A program made the translations under genes and the position numbers. From a virus (taxonomy: Duplodnaviria; Caudoviricetes), in IMG/VR virus record IMGVR_UViG_3300043416_000076, positions 915-64,914 of that record: DNA of 64,000 bases; one strand, written 5' to 3'. How positions within the stretch are numbered: position 1 is the first letter of the stretch; every line of letters begins with the position of its first letter. The notes below the pieces were generated by a model, which saw only the letters and a list, made by a program, of their open reading frames with translations, was not told where the DNA came from and ran no database searches. Positions 20,306-29,068 of the stretch are shown here, piece by piece.

Positions 20306-21679
20306 ATCTGCCAATTCTTTTTTGTAAAGATCAACCACTTTTTCGTGGTTTGTTATGTTGCTCTGCAACATGGCGTACAGCTTACGCTCGATGGGGCTTC
20401 CTTCGATGTGCACTATGGTCATGTTATTGCGCTGGCCCGGCCTGTTGATGCGGGCGTTGGCTTGCAGATACGTCTCTGTGGACGTAACCGGAGCGTACCA
20501 GATGACAACATTGGCAGCGGTCAGGGTTACCCCGTGTGCTGCTGCTTGGGGTTGTATCACCAGTACTTTTGGGTCTTTTGTTTCTTGAAAGTTTTTAAAT
20601 ATCCTTGTGCGTGCGTAAACAGGCACATCTCCATTGATGACTTCACAAGTAATACCTTCTTTAACGAGGTACTCACTGAGCATTGATATCGTGTGTTTGA
20701 ACGGTACGAAGATCAATACTTTATGGCTGGCCTCGTCAATCACTTCTTTGATGACGTTCAAACGATTAGACACATCAAACTCTATTACCGCTCCAGTGTC
20801 TGTGTACACCGAGCCGCAAGAAATCTGAAGCAACTTATTCATCTTTGCCGCCGCATTGACCGAGCTAACCTCCTCGCCCGCCGCCTCAATAAGCAGTTGG
20901 TCTTTGAGCATCTTGTAGTACTTGGACTGCGACGGAGTAAGCGCCGCAAACCTACTGATGTGCACCACTTCTGGTAGATCAAGGCATTCCTCCTTGGTAA
21001 ACCGAATCGCTGGCTGGAGCATATCAAACACAATCTGCTCTGCGTTGGGGCGTGGTATCCAACAATACATACTGAACTGCTGCATGACAGACTCGCGATA
21101 GTCGCCAAAGAAACGCGGTGCTTTATTAGGCGCACACAGACGGCCCAGTCCATACGCATCAAGCGGAGACTGCGAAGCAGGTGTTCCGGTCAGCAGCCAC
21201 AACCGTGTGCTTGGCGTGAGCATCCTGTTCATCAGCTTCCAGCGTTTGGTTTGGACGTTCTTGTAGGCGTTGGCCTCATCAATGACGATCAAATCAAATC
21301 TGCCGTAGTTCAGCAGCTCGTCCGCGATTGTGGCCAGACCGTCGTAGTTGATGATTACGAATTGAGCAGTGCCTGTGACAATCTTCGCCCGCTTCTTGGG
21401 GTCTCCGTACGCTACGTCTACAGACCGGTGCACCGCAAACTTAAACAGGTCAGCTTGCCACGCGGACTGCATGATGGACAACGGGCACACAACCAAGACG
21501 CGCTTGACTATGCCCGCATTTATGAGCTGGTCAGCAGCCCATATTACTGATGCAGTCTTCCCAGTACCTTGCTCGTTAAAGCAGAACGCCCGAGGGTTGG
21601 CCACAAGAAATGATGACGTTACTTTTTGATGATCAAAAGGCTCAAACCCCATAGGGCGCGGCCATGTGTAAGTCTGCAT
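20300..21679 (-). CDS. SNF2-family (SF2) helicase
   Basis: EQGTGKT Walker A, DEAN Walker B, LLTGTP, QANARINRPGQ. Confidence 0.9.
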   Translation of the reverse strand: MQTYTWPRPMGFEPFDHQKVTSSFLVANPRAFCFNEQGTGKTASVIWAADQLINAGIVKRVLVVCPLSIMQSAWQADLFKFAVHRSVDVAYGDPKKRAKIVTGTAQFVIINYDGLATIADELLNYGRFDLIVIDEANAYKNVQTKRWKLMNRMLTPSTRLWLLTGTPASQSPLDAYGLGRLCAPNKAPRFFGDYRESVMQQFSMYCWIPRPNAEQIVFDMLQPAIRFTKEECLDLPEVVHISRFAALTPSQSKYYKMLKDQLLIEAAGEEVSSVNAAAKMNKLLQISCGSVYTDTGAVIEFDVSNRLNVIKEVIDEASHKVLIFVPFKHTISMLSEYLVKEGITCEVINGDVPVYARTRIFKNFQETKDPKVLVIQPQAAAHGVTLTAANVVIWYAPVTSTETYLQANARINRPGQRNNMTIVHIEGSPIERKLYAMLQSNITNHEKVVDLYKKELADT

Positions 21680-21682
21680 GGG

Positions 21683-21937
21683 TTACTTCATTGATGAGTC
21701 GGGGTTACGTTTAAAGGATCGGTTTTTGCTGGGGGATTCAAGTTTGACCCCATCTTTGTTTGATCCACCTTTAGATAAAGCCTTGACGTGCGCAACATCT
21801 TTTCCGCTGCGATCAACACCTTTGGCATCAAGTTTTCGTCTGGCTCGTTGGCGTTCCATTCGGTCAGGCAACTCACTCCTGTCTTTTTGTTGTTCATATT
21901 CTTTCTTGTATGGTCTGGGTTTGTTTACGTACGGCAT
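21683..21937 (-). CDS. Small HNH-like protein
   Basis: DVAHVKALSKGGSN...LESPSKNRS beta-beta-alpha-like motif; basic. Confidence 0.55.
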   Translation of the reverse strand: MPYVNKPRPYKKEYEQQKDRSELPDRMERQRARRKLDAKGVDRSGKDVAHVKALSKGGSNKDGVKLESPSKNRSFKRNPDSSMK

Positions 21938-22103
21938 CTTGATTCTCCTTGTAAATGTTTATCATAGCCATTCTTTGGTTTTTTAGCACCCCTCTTAGCC
22001 ACTTTACGCCACCAATCTTTTTCCATTCTTGATACTCCCATTCAGTTAGCCGAACACCAATCGCTCTACCTGATTTAGTCAATTCAGATTTTGGTCTAGG
22101 CAT
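21894..22103 (-). CDS. Small DNA-binding protein (ribbon-helix-helix-like)
   Basis: MPRPK N-terminus, IGVRLTEWEY...GGVKWLR. Confidence 0.5.
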   Translation of the reverse strand: MPRPKSELTKSGRAIGVRLTEWEYQEWKKIGGVKWLRGVLKNQRMAMINIYKENQDAVRKQTQTIQERI

Positions 22104-22246
22104 TTGTGATCTTCTCCCGCAGATTTAGTTGTAAAAATTAAATGGCACTTGGTGCATTTGTAAAGCATTCCCTCTTGGACAACAGTCTTGCGCTCACCAC
22201 GCTCACCACGTAGCTTCCCAAAGAATGTTCTGATTACCTCAAGCAC
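22079..22246 (-). CDS. Small zinc-finger protein
   Basis: GTG start after AGGAGAAGAACA; CTKC...H.C. Confidence 0.5.
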   Translation of the reverse strand: MLEVIRTFFGKLRGERGERKTVVQEGMLYKCTKCHLIFTTKSAGEDHKCLDQNLN

Positions 22247-22511
22247 TGTTCTTCTCCTTGAGTTTGGCTGCTGCCCATGCAACCCCTTGGTCAAAGGTGT
22301 CGGGCATATCTTCAATTTCTTGCCAATCCTCATCCGTCAGCCCTACCCATTCACGTTTTTTATAAAACACTACTGAACCTTCACTTGGGTTTCTGCTAAA
22401 GATAGCGCCCATCCTGTGTCCATCTTCTATTTTCTCAACCGTTTCTTTGTCCAAGCAAACTACGTCAGACATATAGACCTTGTCTATTTCACGTTTCCAT
22501 ATTTCATTCAT
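22239..22511 (-). CDS. Hypothetical protein with WVGLT...KLKEKN C-terminal module
   Basis: ATG 22511 overlaps the upstream stop. Confidence 0.6.
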   Translation of the reverse strand: MNEIWKREIDKVYMSDVVCLDKETVEKIEDGHRMGAIFSRNPSEGSVVFYKKREWVGLTDEDWQEIEDMPDTFDQGVAWAAAKLKEKNSA

Positions 22512-22720
22512 ATCGACCACCCATCCTTGTTCCAATATGTCCCAAACCTTGGGGCTTTATCTTTGCTTCCAGCTAATTCAGACCATGCCGCCAACAATTG
22601 TTTATTGCCAAACCATTTGACGGTTTTAATTGCATCTGGGTGGGTAGAGTTCCTGCCTTCTTCATACAGTGCGTATGTCAGTCTAGCAATAATCCAATCT
22701 TTCTCATCTAGTTTGCGCAT
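22508..22720 (-). CDS. Hypothetical protein
   Basis: Part of the coupled small-ORF array. Confidence 0.55.
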   Translation of the reverse strand: MRKLDEKDWIIARLTYALYEEGRNSTHPDAIKTVKWFGNKQLLAAWSELAGSKDKAPRFGTYWNKDGWSI

Positions 22721-23084
22721 TGCGTCTCTCCTCTAAAGTAATTGCATGTGGAAAAAATGTGTAAGGAATAACCGCTTCTAATTTCTTTGTGTTGTGTAGT
22801 TTCTGTATGCGTGTCTGTAAAAACTCTGCCTTACAAACATCGCCCTTCAGCAAGTCTTCAACCCACATGGCGACAGACAGATCAACACACCACTTGCCGT
22901 AGGCGTATCCGTTCTTACCCTTGTCTACGCTTCCAACGCCACGGGATTCCCAGTCAAACAGTTCCCGCAAAGCGGCCTCGCTGAAGTCAAGTCCAGATAC
23001 TCCTTGGCCTTTAGCTGTTCTGCGATAGTGTGCTGCTCTCAGTGCATATTTCTTTGATATGCCGTTCAGCTTAAACAACTTCAT
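22704..23084 (-). CDS. Hypothetical protein
   Basis: ATG 23084 with RBS AAGGAG. Confidence 0.55.
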   Translation of the reverse strand: MKLFKLNGISKKYALRAAHYRRTAKGQGVSGLDFSEAALRELFDWESRGVGSVDKGKNGYAYGKWCVDLSVAMWVEDLLKGDVCKAEFLQTRIQKLHNTKKLEAVIPYTFFPHAITLEERRNAQTR

Positions 23085-23385
23085 TGTTTTTCTCCTTGGG
23101 CTTAATGTAGTCACTGTCTGTTATCCCTTTCTCCTTCAGATAAAACTCCATTGCAACAAGGTAAGGGTCAAAGCATGGCAACGGCGCATCGTCGTAGTAA
23201 TAGTATGTCGGCTTGTACTCATCCACTGACGTAACAGTCGTGCCGTCAACAACGTGGTGATACCTTGTTTGTTGCAGTTTGATTTTGTAACCCTCTGCTC
23301 TCGCTACTGCCAGCTTCAACTCAATACTGCCAATAGGCACGAAGTTCTTCCGTGTTTCATGTAGGGTAATTAACTTGTGCCTCAT
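23071..23385 (-). CDS. Hypothetical protein
   Basis: ATGA overlap; RBS AAGGAG. Confidence 0.55.
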   Translation of the reverse strand: MRHKLITLHETRKNFVPIGSIELKLAVARAEGYKIKLQQTRYHHVVDGTTVTSVDEYKPTYYYYDDAPLPCFDPYLVAMEFYLKEKGITDSDYIKPKEKNNEVV

Positions 23386-23681
23386 GTGTTCTTCTCCTTG
23401 AGTTTGGCTTCAACTGCGCTGATCAAATGCGAGAGTCCAAAGTTGTTGTCTCGCAAATAATCAGACTCCTCATTGGTCAGTTCTACCCATGTGCGCTGTG
23501 ATGGGTAGGTGTAGTTCTGCCCACAGTTGTGGCATTGCACAACGCCGTTAAGGGAATTCCATTTGACTGCACTTGCATCCGTGTAACCACAACAAGGCAA
23601 CGCCACAGGCTCTTGGCCTTCTAACTCTGCATATTGCTCAACTACCAACGCCTCAATTGCCTGTTTCAATACTTCAATCAT
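23382..23681 (-). CDS. Zinc-ribbon protein with WVELT...KLKEKNT C-terminal module
   Basis: PCCG...CHNCG; ATGA overlap. Confidence 0.6.
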   Translation of the reverse strand: MIEVLKQAIEALVVEQYAELEGQEPVALPCCGYTDASAVKWNSLNGVVQCHNCGQNYTYPSQRTWVELTNEESDYLRDNNFGLSHLISAVEAKLKEKNT

Positions 23682-23857
23682 GTGTTCTTCTCCTTGAGCT
23701 GTTGGTGTACTTCATTGTGAACATCAACGTACGTCCGTGCCCATTCTTGAGGAGATACGCCCGCCTTACGCCCAGCTTCACTCACTGCGATCATTGCCTC
23801 AAAAAACTTGTATCGCTCTTTTTCGGGCAATGCTTTGACCCATTCTTGGAATGTCAT
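23678..23857 (-). CDS. Hypothetical protein
   Basis: ATG 23857 after AGGAGAAGAACAC. Confidence 0.55.
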   Translation of the reverse strand: MTFQEWVKALPEKERYKFFEAMIAVSEAGRKAGVSPQEWARTYVDVHNEVHQQLKEKNT

Positions 23858-24249
23858 GTGTTCTTCTCCTGTCTTTGTTCGTAGCAATTCATTCCCATGA
23901 AGTCATCGGGGTGGAACAGCAGCTTGGGATTTGTGTGGCACGCCCCCTCCAACATGCCACTCTTCCTCGGCTCATGCTTTACACGGACAAGGTGCTTGCA
24001 GGTATTGCAGTTAGCCTCACTCTCGTCAAACAGGCGCTTGGACTTTTTAAAGAATGGCAGTGCAGTCGGGTGGCACACGTATGTACCGTTGACCTGTGGT
24101 ACGCATGGCCCCAAGAAGATGGCCTCTTCACGCAACACCTTTAGTCCCGTGTACTGGCAGGTGTAAAGCCCGTCTGCATCCGGCTCGTTGAGTATCGGCT
24201 TGCCGCTGGTGGGGTGGCGCTTCATCTGGGTTACTTCACGCCACGTCAT
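23854..24249 (-). CDS. Cys-rich hypothetical protein
   Basis: CNTCKH...C...C. Confidence 0.55.
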   Translation of the reverse strand: MTWREVTQMKRHPTSGKPILNEPDADGLYTCQYTGLKVLREEAIFLGPCVPQVNGTYVCHPTALPFFKKSKRLFDESEANCNTCKHLVRVKHEPRKSGMLEGACHTNPKLLFHPDDFMGMNCYEQRQEKNT

Positions 24250-24488
24250 GCTTTATCCTTTACCCACAAACAATCAAAAAAGATACGCATCATCAAGCGC
24301 ACAAACCAACTTGGTTCTTTGCCTTTTCTTGGGCGATACACAATACCCAGACTGTCGGGTCTGTTTCCAAATAAATAGCACTGCCATTCAGATTGTTCGG
24401 GCGTTGGTTCAAACTTGTAGTTTCCTTCCACACTAAGTTTGACCTGCTGCCCATCAGGTGTTTTGTACATAACCTCTGGGTTGTTCAT
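24246..24488 (-). CDS. Hypothetical protein
   Basis: ATG 24488, ATGA overlap. Confidence 0.55.
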   Translation of the reverse strand: MNNPEVMYKTPDGQQVKLSVEGNYKFEPTPEQSEWQCYLFGNRPDSLGIVYRPRKGKEPSWFVRLMMRIFFDCLWVKDKA

Positions 24489-24769
24489 TTTGCTTTCTCC
24501 CGCAGTCTTTTGATTTGATCGTCCCAGCGATTGCTGTTCATGTGCTTCCACCTCTCCAACTTGTCAGCTATGAATATCTCATTGCCTTTGAACAGGCGTG
24601 TGTTCAACGCCATGCTTGCCACTGTCTCCATGTCAACAGCGTGTTCACGCACTTCTTCTGCCCTGCGTTTCGCCCCGCCAATCGCAGACAAGATAATGCT
24701 CTGCATCATCATTGGGTCTTTTGAGCGATGCGCTACCTCGGATAAGAATTTTTGGTCTTCAATGTTCAT
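24485..24769 (-). CDS. Hypothetical protein
   Basis: ATGA overlaps on both sides. Confidence 0.55.
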   Translation of the reverse strand: MNIEDQKFLSEVAHRSKDPMMMQSIILSAIGGAKRRAEEVREHAVDMETVASMALNTRLFKGNEIFIADKLERWKHMNSNRWDDQIKRLREKAK

Positions 24770-25020
24770 TTCTTCATCTCCCTGATATAGATTGCCAGCG
24801 AATCCACAGTGTCTTTGCCGAAGCCTTGCAGCTTCTCAATGTGCTGTGCCACTTCTTCGATGGCTGCGTTGCGGGCTTCAAATTCAGCCATGACCTTATG
24901 CGCAGCGCGAACCACTGCGTCTTCAGTGGTTGCCTTCGTGGAACGCTTAATTGCCGCCAATCGCTTCTCAGCAAGCGCATCCCAGTCTTTTTTCTGCGTT
25001 GATTTGTTGAACTCAGTCAT
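24766..25020 (-). CDS. Hypothetical protein
   Basis: ATG 25020 with RBS GGAG; RNAAIEEVA motif. Confidence 0.55.
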   Translation of the reverse strand: MTEFNKSTQKKDWDALAEKRLAAIKRSTKATTEDAVVRAAHKVMAEFEARNAAIEEVAQHIEKLQGFGKDTVDSLAIYIREMKK

Positions 25021-25202
25021 AACTCTTTCTCCAATCGTTGCAAAACTTCTTGCTTTGTGAGTCGGTGTTCCCAGTTGCATCCGTTGGTTTCTTGACGCAA
25101 GCAACTCCACCAAACTTCGTAAGGATTCTCGGGGTATGGACAACGCCCTGCGTAAGACAGCTTGTATTTGTCACCAACTCTTTCAAGCCTGAACTCAGTC
25201 AT
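25017..25202 (-). CDS. Hypothetical protein
   Basis: ATGA overlaps. Confidence 0.5.
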   Translation of the reverse strand: MTEFRLERVGDKYKLSYAGRCPYPENPYEVWWSCLRQETNGCNWEHRLTKQEVLQRLEKEL

Positions 25203-25423
25203 GCTTGTCTCCTTTCCAAAATATGTGCAACGCTTTCATGGTTTGGGTAATGGTCAATCAACACTCGGCAACATCTGTCGCACAGACCATCGTGGTTGTG
25301 TAACCCCTCATGTGTGTAGTGCCAACACCGTGGACACTTAACGTAGTCGGGGTCATTCGCCAGCGACCGAACAACAACAGTTGGTTGTGGGGAACTTAAC
25401 TGCTCATACTGCTCGTCAGTCAT
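25199..25423 (-). CDS. Stand-alone zinc finger resembling the C-terminal Zn domain of isoleucyl-tRNA synthetase
   Basis: KCPRCWHYT...H.GLCDRC; ATG 25423 with RBS AGGAG. Confidence 0.6.
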   Translation of the reverse strand: MTDEQYEQLSSPQPTVVVRSLANDPDYVKCPRCWHYTHEGLHNHDGLCDRCCRVLIDHYPNHESVAHILERRQA

Positions 25424-25635
25424 GCCCTCTCCTTTAAAATCAATTCGACCAATCCTTCTGCAACTTTCTCGCTCAGTCCTTGCGCCACGACCTCGTATGG
25501 CTTGAGATGTTCTTCCCATGCTTCGCCATATCGGTCTTTGTGCATCTGCACCATCGTTCCCCATGTGCGCTCCCGCATAGCAAATGCCTCTATTGGTGTG
25601 TTTTTTCTTATATAGACCAAATACCTTTCAGTCAT
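25420..25635 (-). CDS. Hypothetical protein
   Basis: ATG 25635, RBS GGAGG. Confidence 0.55.
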   Translation of the reverse strand: MTERYLVYIRKNTPIEAFAMRERTWGTMVQMHKDRYGEAWEEHLKPYEVVAQGLSEKVAEGLVELILKERA

Positions 25636-25747
25636 CACGCCCTCCGTTTTGCATCCAGAAGATCGCCCATGAAAAGACTGCACCGATGACAATAACCATC
25701 AGTGCGCCAAAGCCCATCAATATCACCGTCACCAGTACGTCCCACAT
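25628..25747 (-). CDS. 39-aa single-pass membrane peptide (not in ORF track)
   Basis: Translated by hand: MWDVLVTVILMGFGALMVIVIGAVFSWAIFWMQNGGRDD; exactly fills the gap. Confidence 0.55.
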   Translation of the reverse strand: MWDVLVTVILMGFGALMVIVIGAVFSWAIFWMQNGGRDD

Positions 25748-25748
25748 A

Positions 25749-26312
25749 TCAGAGCTTTCCTATTTCACGGTTGAGATACCAAATAGCTTTCTCAAGGTCT
25801 TGCTTCTTGTCACCCTTGTGTTCAGCACGGCTGATGTACTTCACAGCGTTACCCATGTTGTAGTTGAGTTCCTTGGCTTCGATAAAGTCGATCGTCTCGA
25901 TTCCGCCCGTCTTGTAGTGCGCGGGGTGGTTCACAAGGTCAGGCGCTGGCCCAGTCGCTAACTGAGAAGCTAACGCGTCTTTAGCATCTTCACTCAACGC
26001 GTTGGTGTTTATCCAACTATAGATATACCCCTCCCCGTTTTCTGGCGTAGTTAAAGGCGATGGCGGTGTTTTTTTCTGCTTCAACAGTATGGCTTTTTGT
26101 TTGGCGTACTCTTTTGCATCGACACCCAATCTATTGGCTACCTCTACTTCTGCCGCAAGAAGCACAATATTTTTGGACATCTTTGTCTTTATCATGTACA
26201 CGATCTGATACGTCGTATCAAACTTTTTCGCAACCTCTGTCACTGATACGCTTGGGTGCGCTGTAATGTAACGACGAATCTTCTCTGCTCTGCTTAATTT
26301 TTTTAACATCAT
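25749..26312 (-). CDS. HTH fused to a DUF3310 (SaV / T7 gp1.7-like) domain
   Basis: N-terminal HTH (VTEVAKKFDTTYQIVY); VNHPAHY..GGIETID...GNAVKY..R...K.....DLEKAIWY. Confidence 0.8.
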   Translation of the reverse strand: MMLKKLSRAEKIRRYITAHPSVSVTEVAKKFDTTYQIVYMIKTKMSKNIVLLAAEVEVANRLGVDAKEYAKQKAILLKQKKTPPSPLTTPENGEGYIYSWINTNALSEDAKDALASQLATGPAPDLVNHPAHYKTGGIETIDFIEAKELNYNMGNAVKYISRAEHKGDKKQDLEKAIWYLNREIGKL

Positions 26313-26980
26313 TTCTCTCCTTGGTTGTGATCACAAGACGTGACTGGACACCAGCCACGACACGTAAAGTTGGGTTTCGGATTCCACATGTCGCTCTCTA
26401 CGGAAGCCTGAAGTTGTCCAACATCTGATACCCAGCTACCCCACAGTTCATCTTGTGAGTCAGCCAAGTAAGCAGTCTTTATAAAGTCGTCAGCGAACAG
26501 GAACATCAAGCCCGCTTTGACCTTCTTTACTTCTGGGAAGTGTTTAAATATTGCAAGGGACACAATCTCAAGCTGCTTGAGTTCGGCAAACTTGCTCGAC
26601 TTGCCCGTCTTGTAGTCCACAGTCAGGGCGGTATCCCCTTGCAAGATGATGATGTCTGCAACGCCACGCCACCACACGTTCTTGTCGAAGAACCCGCACG
26701 GCTTCAACTCAGCAGTCAGGCCGAGTTTGTTCTCGCAAAGTTTCTCCCCGGGCATATCTTTCAACACCTTCAGCGCTGGCTCTATGTGGCTGTATTTCTC
26801 AGGAATAGGACGACCCTTACCAACGTATTCTTCGGCTATCTTATGAATCTCGTTACCAAAAATAATAGCTTCGCCCAACGGCTCTTTGATATCCTTGGCC
26901 ACCTTGAGGTGGTAATACTTCTTCGGGCACTGCTGGTACAACGCTAAACTGCTGTACGACCAAGTAATAGGTTTTGTCAT
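26309..26980 (-). CDS. PD-(D/E)XK exonuclease (RecB/Cas4-like)
   Basis: WSYSSL...CP, GVADII, VDYKTGK, C-terminal C..C...C cluster. Confidence 0.85.
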   Translation of the reverse strand: MTKPITWSYSSLALYQQCPKKYYHLKVAKDIKEPLGEAIIFGNEIHKIAEEYVGKGRPIPEKYSHIEPALKVLKDMPGEKLCENKLGLTAELKPCGFFDKNVWWRGVADIIILQGDTALTVDYKTGKSSKFAELKQLEIVSLAIFKHFPEVKKVKAGLMFLFADDFIKTAYLADSQDELWGSWVSDVGQLQASVESDMWNPKPNFTCRGWCPVTSCDHNQGEK

Positions 26981-27255
26981 TTAGTTTCCTCTGTTAAAAA
27001 TTCAAGCCAATCTTTGATGTGCATAAGTTCTTTCGATTCTTCTTTCTTCATGTAACGAGAAAACTGATTCCTGCTGTACCTAAACTGCTCTACTGAAGTG
27101 ATAAAATCAAACTCCCGCAGTAGCATGTAAACCCACGAAGTAGTAATACCGTAACGCTTAGAAATTTCGTCAACTGATACGCCAGCTTTGCGCATGTTGC
27201 CAATCTCCATGAGGCGCTTTATCCTTCGCATGTGTGACTCTCTAGCAGTCGCCAT
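26977..27255 (-). CDS. Small HTH protein
   Basis: GVSVDEISKRYGITTSWVY. Confidence 0.6.
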   Translation of the reverse strand: MATARESHMRRIKRLMEIGNMRKAGVSVDEISKRYGITTSWVYMLLREFDFITSVEQFRYSRNQFSRYMKKEESKELMHIKDWLEFLTEETK

Positions 27256-29068
27256 AGTTCCTCGCCATTCCAGACTCGCAGTTAAGCGGCAGGTCTAAAG
27301 CCCAAGGGGGTGGTGTACGCATACATTCTTCGATGTAGGCCCGAGCTTCGTCTGCCTCGTCCTCTGGTACTACGCAAGCCACAGCGTCATGCACGGTCAG
27401 CACAACCCTGTAGCGTTTTTCAATCTGGATGATCTGCTCACCGATGACACAACGAGCAACGGCTTGGCACAAGTTCTCAGCAACCTTGCCCCCGTATATC
27501 TTGTTCAGCCCGCTACGTGTCTCGTATACAAATTGACCCGCAGAATCCTTAAGAAGTCCGGGGTAGTTTAGAAACAGACCGTTGGGTAGTTGTATTCCTG
27601 TGAATGGGGAACTTTCCAGCAAACCCACAGCGTCCACTTGGGCTGGCTTGTTGGCTAACATAAACTGAAGAATCATATTCAAATGATTCCACCAATTTGC
27701 AATCCGTCGGTTCACAGCGCGGTACTGCTTGATGATGTACTGGCAGTCATCAAAGGCCAAGTTCTTACCCATGTTGCCCAACTGAGTTTGAAACTTAATC
27801 GCCCCCATGCCGTATCCCGCACCAAGCACAGTAGTCTTACCAATGAACCGCTGATCTGCGGTGATATCGTCCTCCGGTGTACTGTATATAGACGATGCCA
27901 TGTGCTTGTACACATCAGCTTTCTGCCGGAACAACTCCAACAGATACGTCTCGCCCGCCAACCAAGCCAGCACCCTTGCTTCGATCTGCGATGAGTCACA
28001 GTCAATGATCACATGCCCACGAGGTGCAACGATGCACCGCTTGAGCTTGCCGCCCTCTGACCCACGACTTGGCAAGTTCTGTAAATTAATCTTGTCAGCC
28101 CCGCCCCACCGCCCAGTATGCGCGGCGTAGTATTTCAAAGGAATAGGTAGACGATTAAGCGAGCCACCAATGTGCCCCCTGCGTGAGATGTTGATAAACC
28201 GTTCTGTTCTTGTCTCCTCCAGCGTAGATTTCGCGCCAAGCCTAGCCGCAACAATAGCTTGCACAGCTTCGTTATGATGGCCAAGCAACGCCACAAAATG
28301 CTCATCGCTCTTCGCAAACGCATAGATAAACTTCTCTGGGTTTGCTGGACTGGGTTTCATGGGCGGTCGCACATACTGCCCTAACAATTCAGCGAACTTG
28401 GCTGAGCTGTTCAATATCTCTTTCGTTATCCCAGCATCAGTAAACAACTTGGCCTTACGCTCACGCACTGCACTCAGATGTTCTTCCAATTTTTGCGTAT
28501 CCAACTCCAACAGTGGATCGCTAAACATCCTGATCGTGATGTCGATAAGCCGCTTCTCCCGCACGGGGAATGTTGCGTTGAGTTCGTTGTAAAGCTTGTA
28601 CGTCAACTCCACATCGTTCTTGCAATACTCTCCGTATTTCGCCAACTGCTCCACGCCAAAGTCCTCTAAGCGCAATCCCTTGGCATCTACCACTTCAGTG
28701 CCTTTGACACCCAATCCAAAGTGTTCAACCAGCTTGGCCAAACTACCGCCCACCTGTGTACCCAGTATTGCTCTAGCCATAGACAACGTATCAAGCCATG
28801 CCTTGGGCTTCTGCCCAAACACCCATGTCAGGATGGCCGCGTCAAACATAGAGTTGTGGGCTAGAGCGAAGTGATTCTCCCAATCGAAGCCCGCCAGCCA
28901 TTCAGCGGTCTCCTCCATATCGCCCGTGAACCATTCAGCGGGGTTGTTGTTCACCTTGACCGATACCCCGATAACTTGGAAGCGTGAGTCACGTACATAC
29001 TCCTCAGTCGTCACCTTGGTGAGGCTGTAGTCTGAGGCGTAGTAAGTTTCGAAGTCGATAGTGATCAA
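27242..29068 (-). CDS. polA: DNA polymerase family A with 3'-5' exonuclease, no 5'-3' exonuclease
   Basis: IDFET (ExoI), HTGR, DSSQIEAR (motif A), K...LG.GYG (motif B), VHDA (motif C); TTG start at 29068 after GAGGA. Confidence 0.92.
   Translation of the reverse strand: MITIDFETYYASDYSLTKVTTEEYVRDSRFQVIGVSVKVNNNPAEWFTGDMEETAEWLAGFDWENHFALAHNSMFDAAILTWVFGQKPKAWLDTLSMARAILGTQVGGSLAKLVEHFGLGVKGTEVVDAKGLRLEDFGVEQLAKYGEYCKNDVELTYKLYNELNATFPVREKRLIDITIRMFSDPLLELDTQKLEEHLSAVRERKAKLFTDAGITKEILNSSAKFAELLGQYVRPPMKPSPANPEKFIYAFAKSDEHFVALLGHHNEAVQAIVAARLGAKSTLEETRTERFINISRRGHIGGSLNRLPIPLKYYAAHTGRWGGADKINLQNLPSRGSEGGKLKRCIVAPRGHVIIDCDSSQIEARVLAWLAGETYLLELFRQKADVYKHMASSIYSTPEDDITADQRFIGKTTVLGAGYGMGAIKFQTQLGNMGKNLAFDDCQYIIKQYRAVNRRIANWWNHLNMILQFMLANKPAQVDAVGLLESSPFTGIQLPNGLFLNYPGLLKDSAGQFVYETRSGLNKIYGGKVAENLCQAVARCVIGEQIIQIEKRYRVVLTVHDAVACVVPEDEADEARAYIEECMRTPPPWALDLPLNCESGMARNYGDC

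Noticed and set aside
27242-29068. Calling the phage temperate from PolA Leu762
   Set aside because: The association is correlational, and no integrase, att site or partition system is visible.
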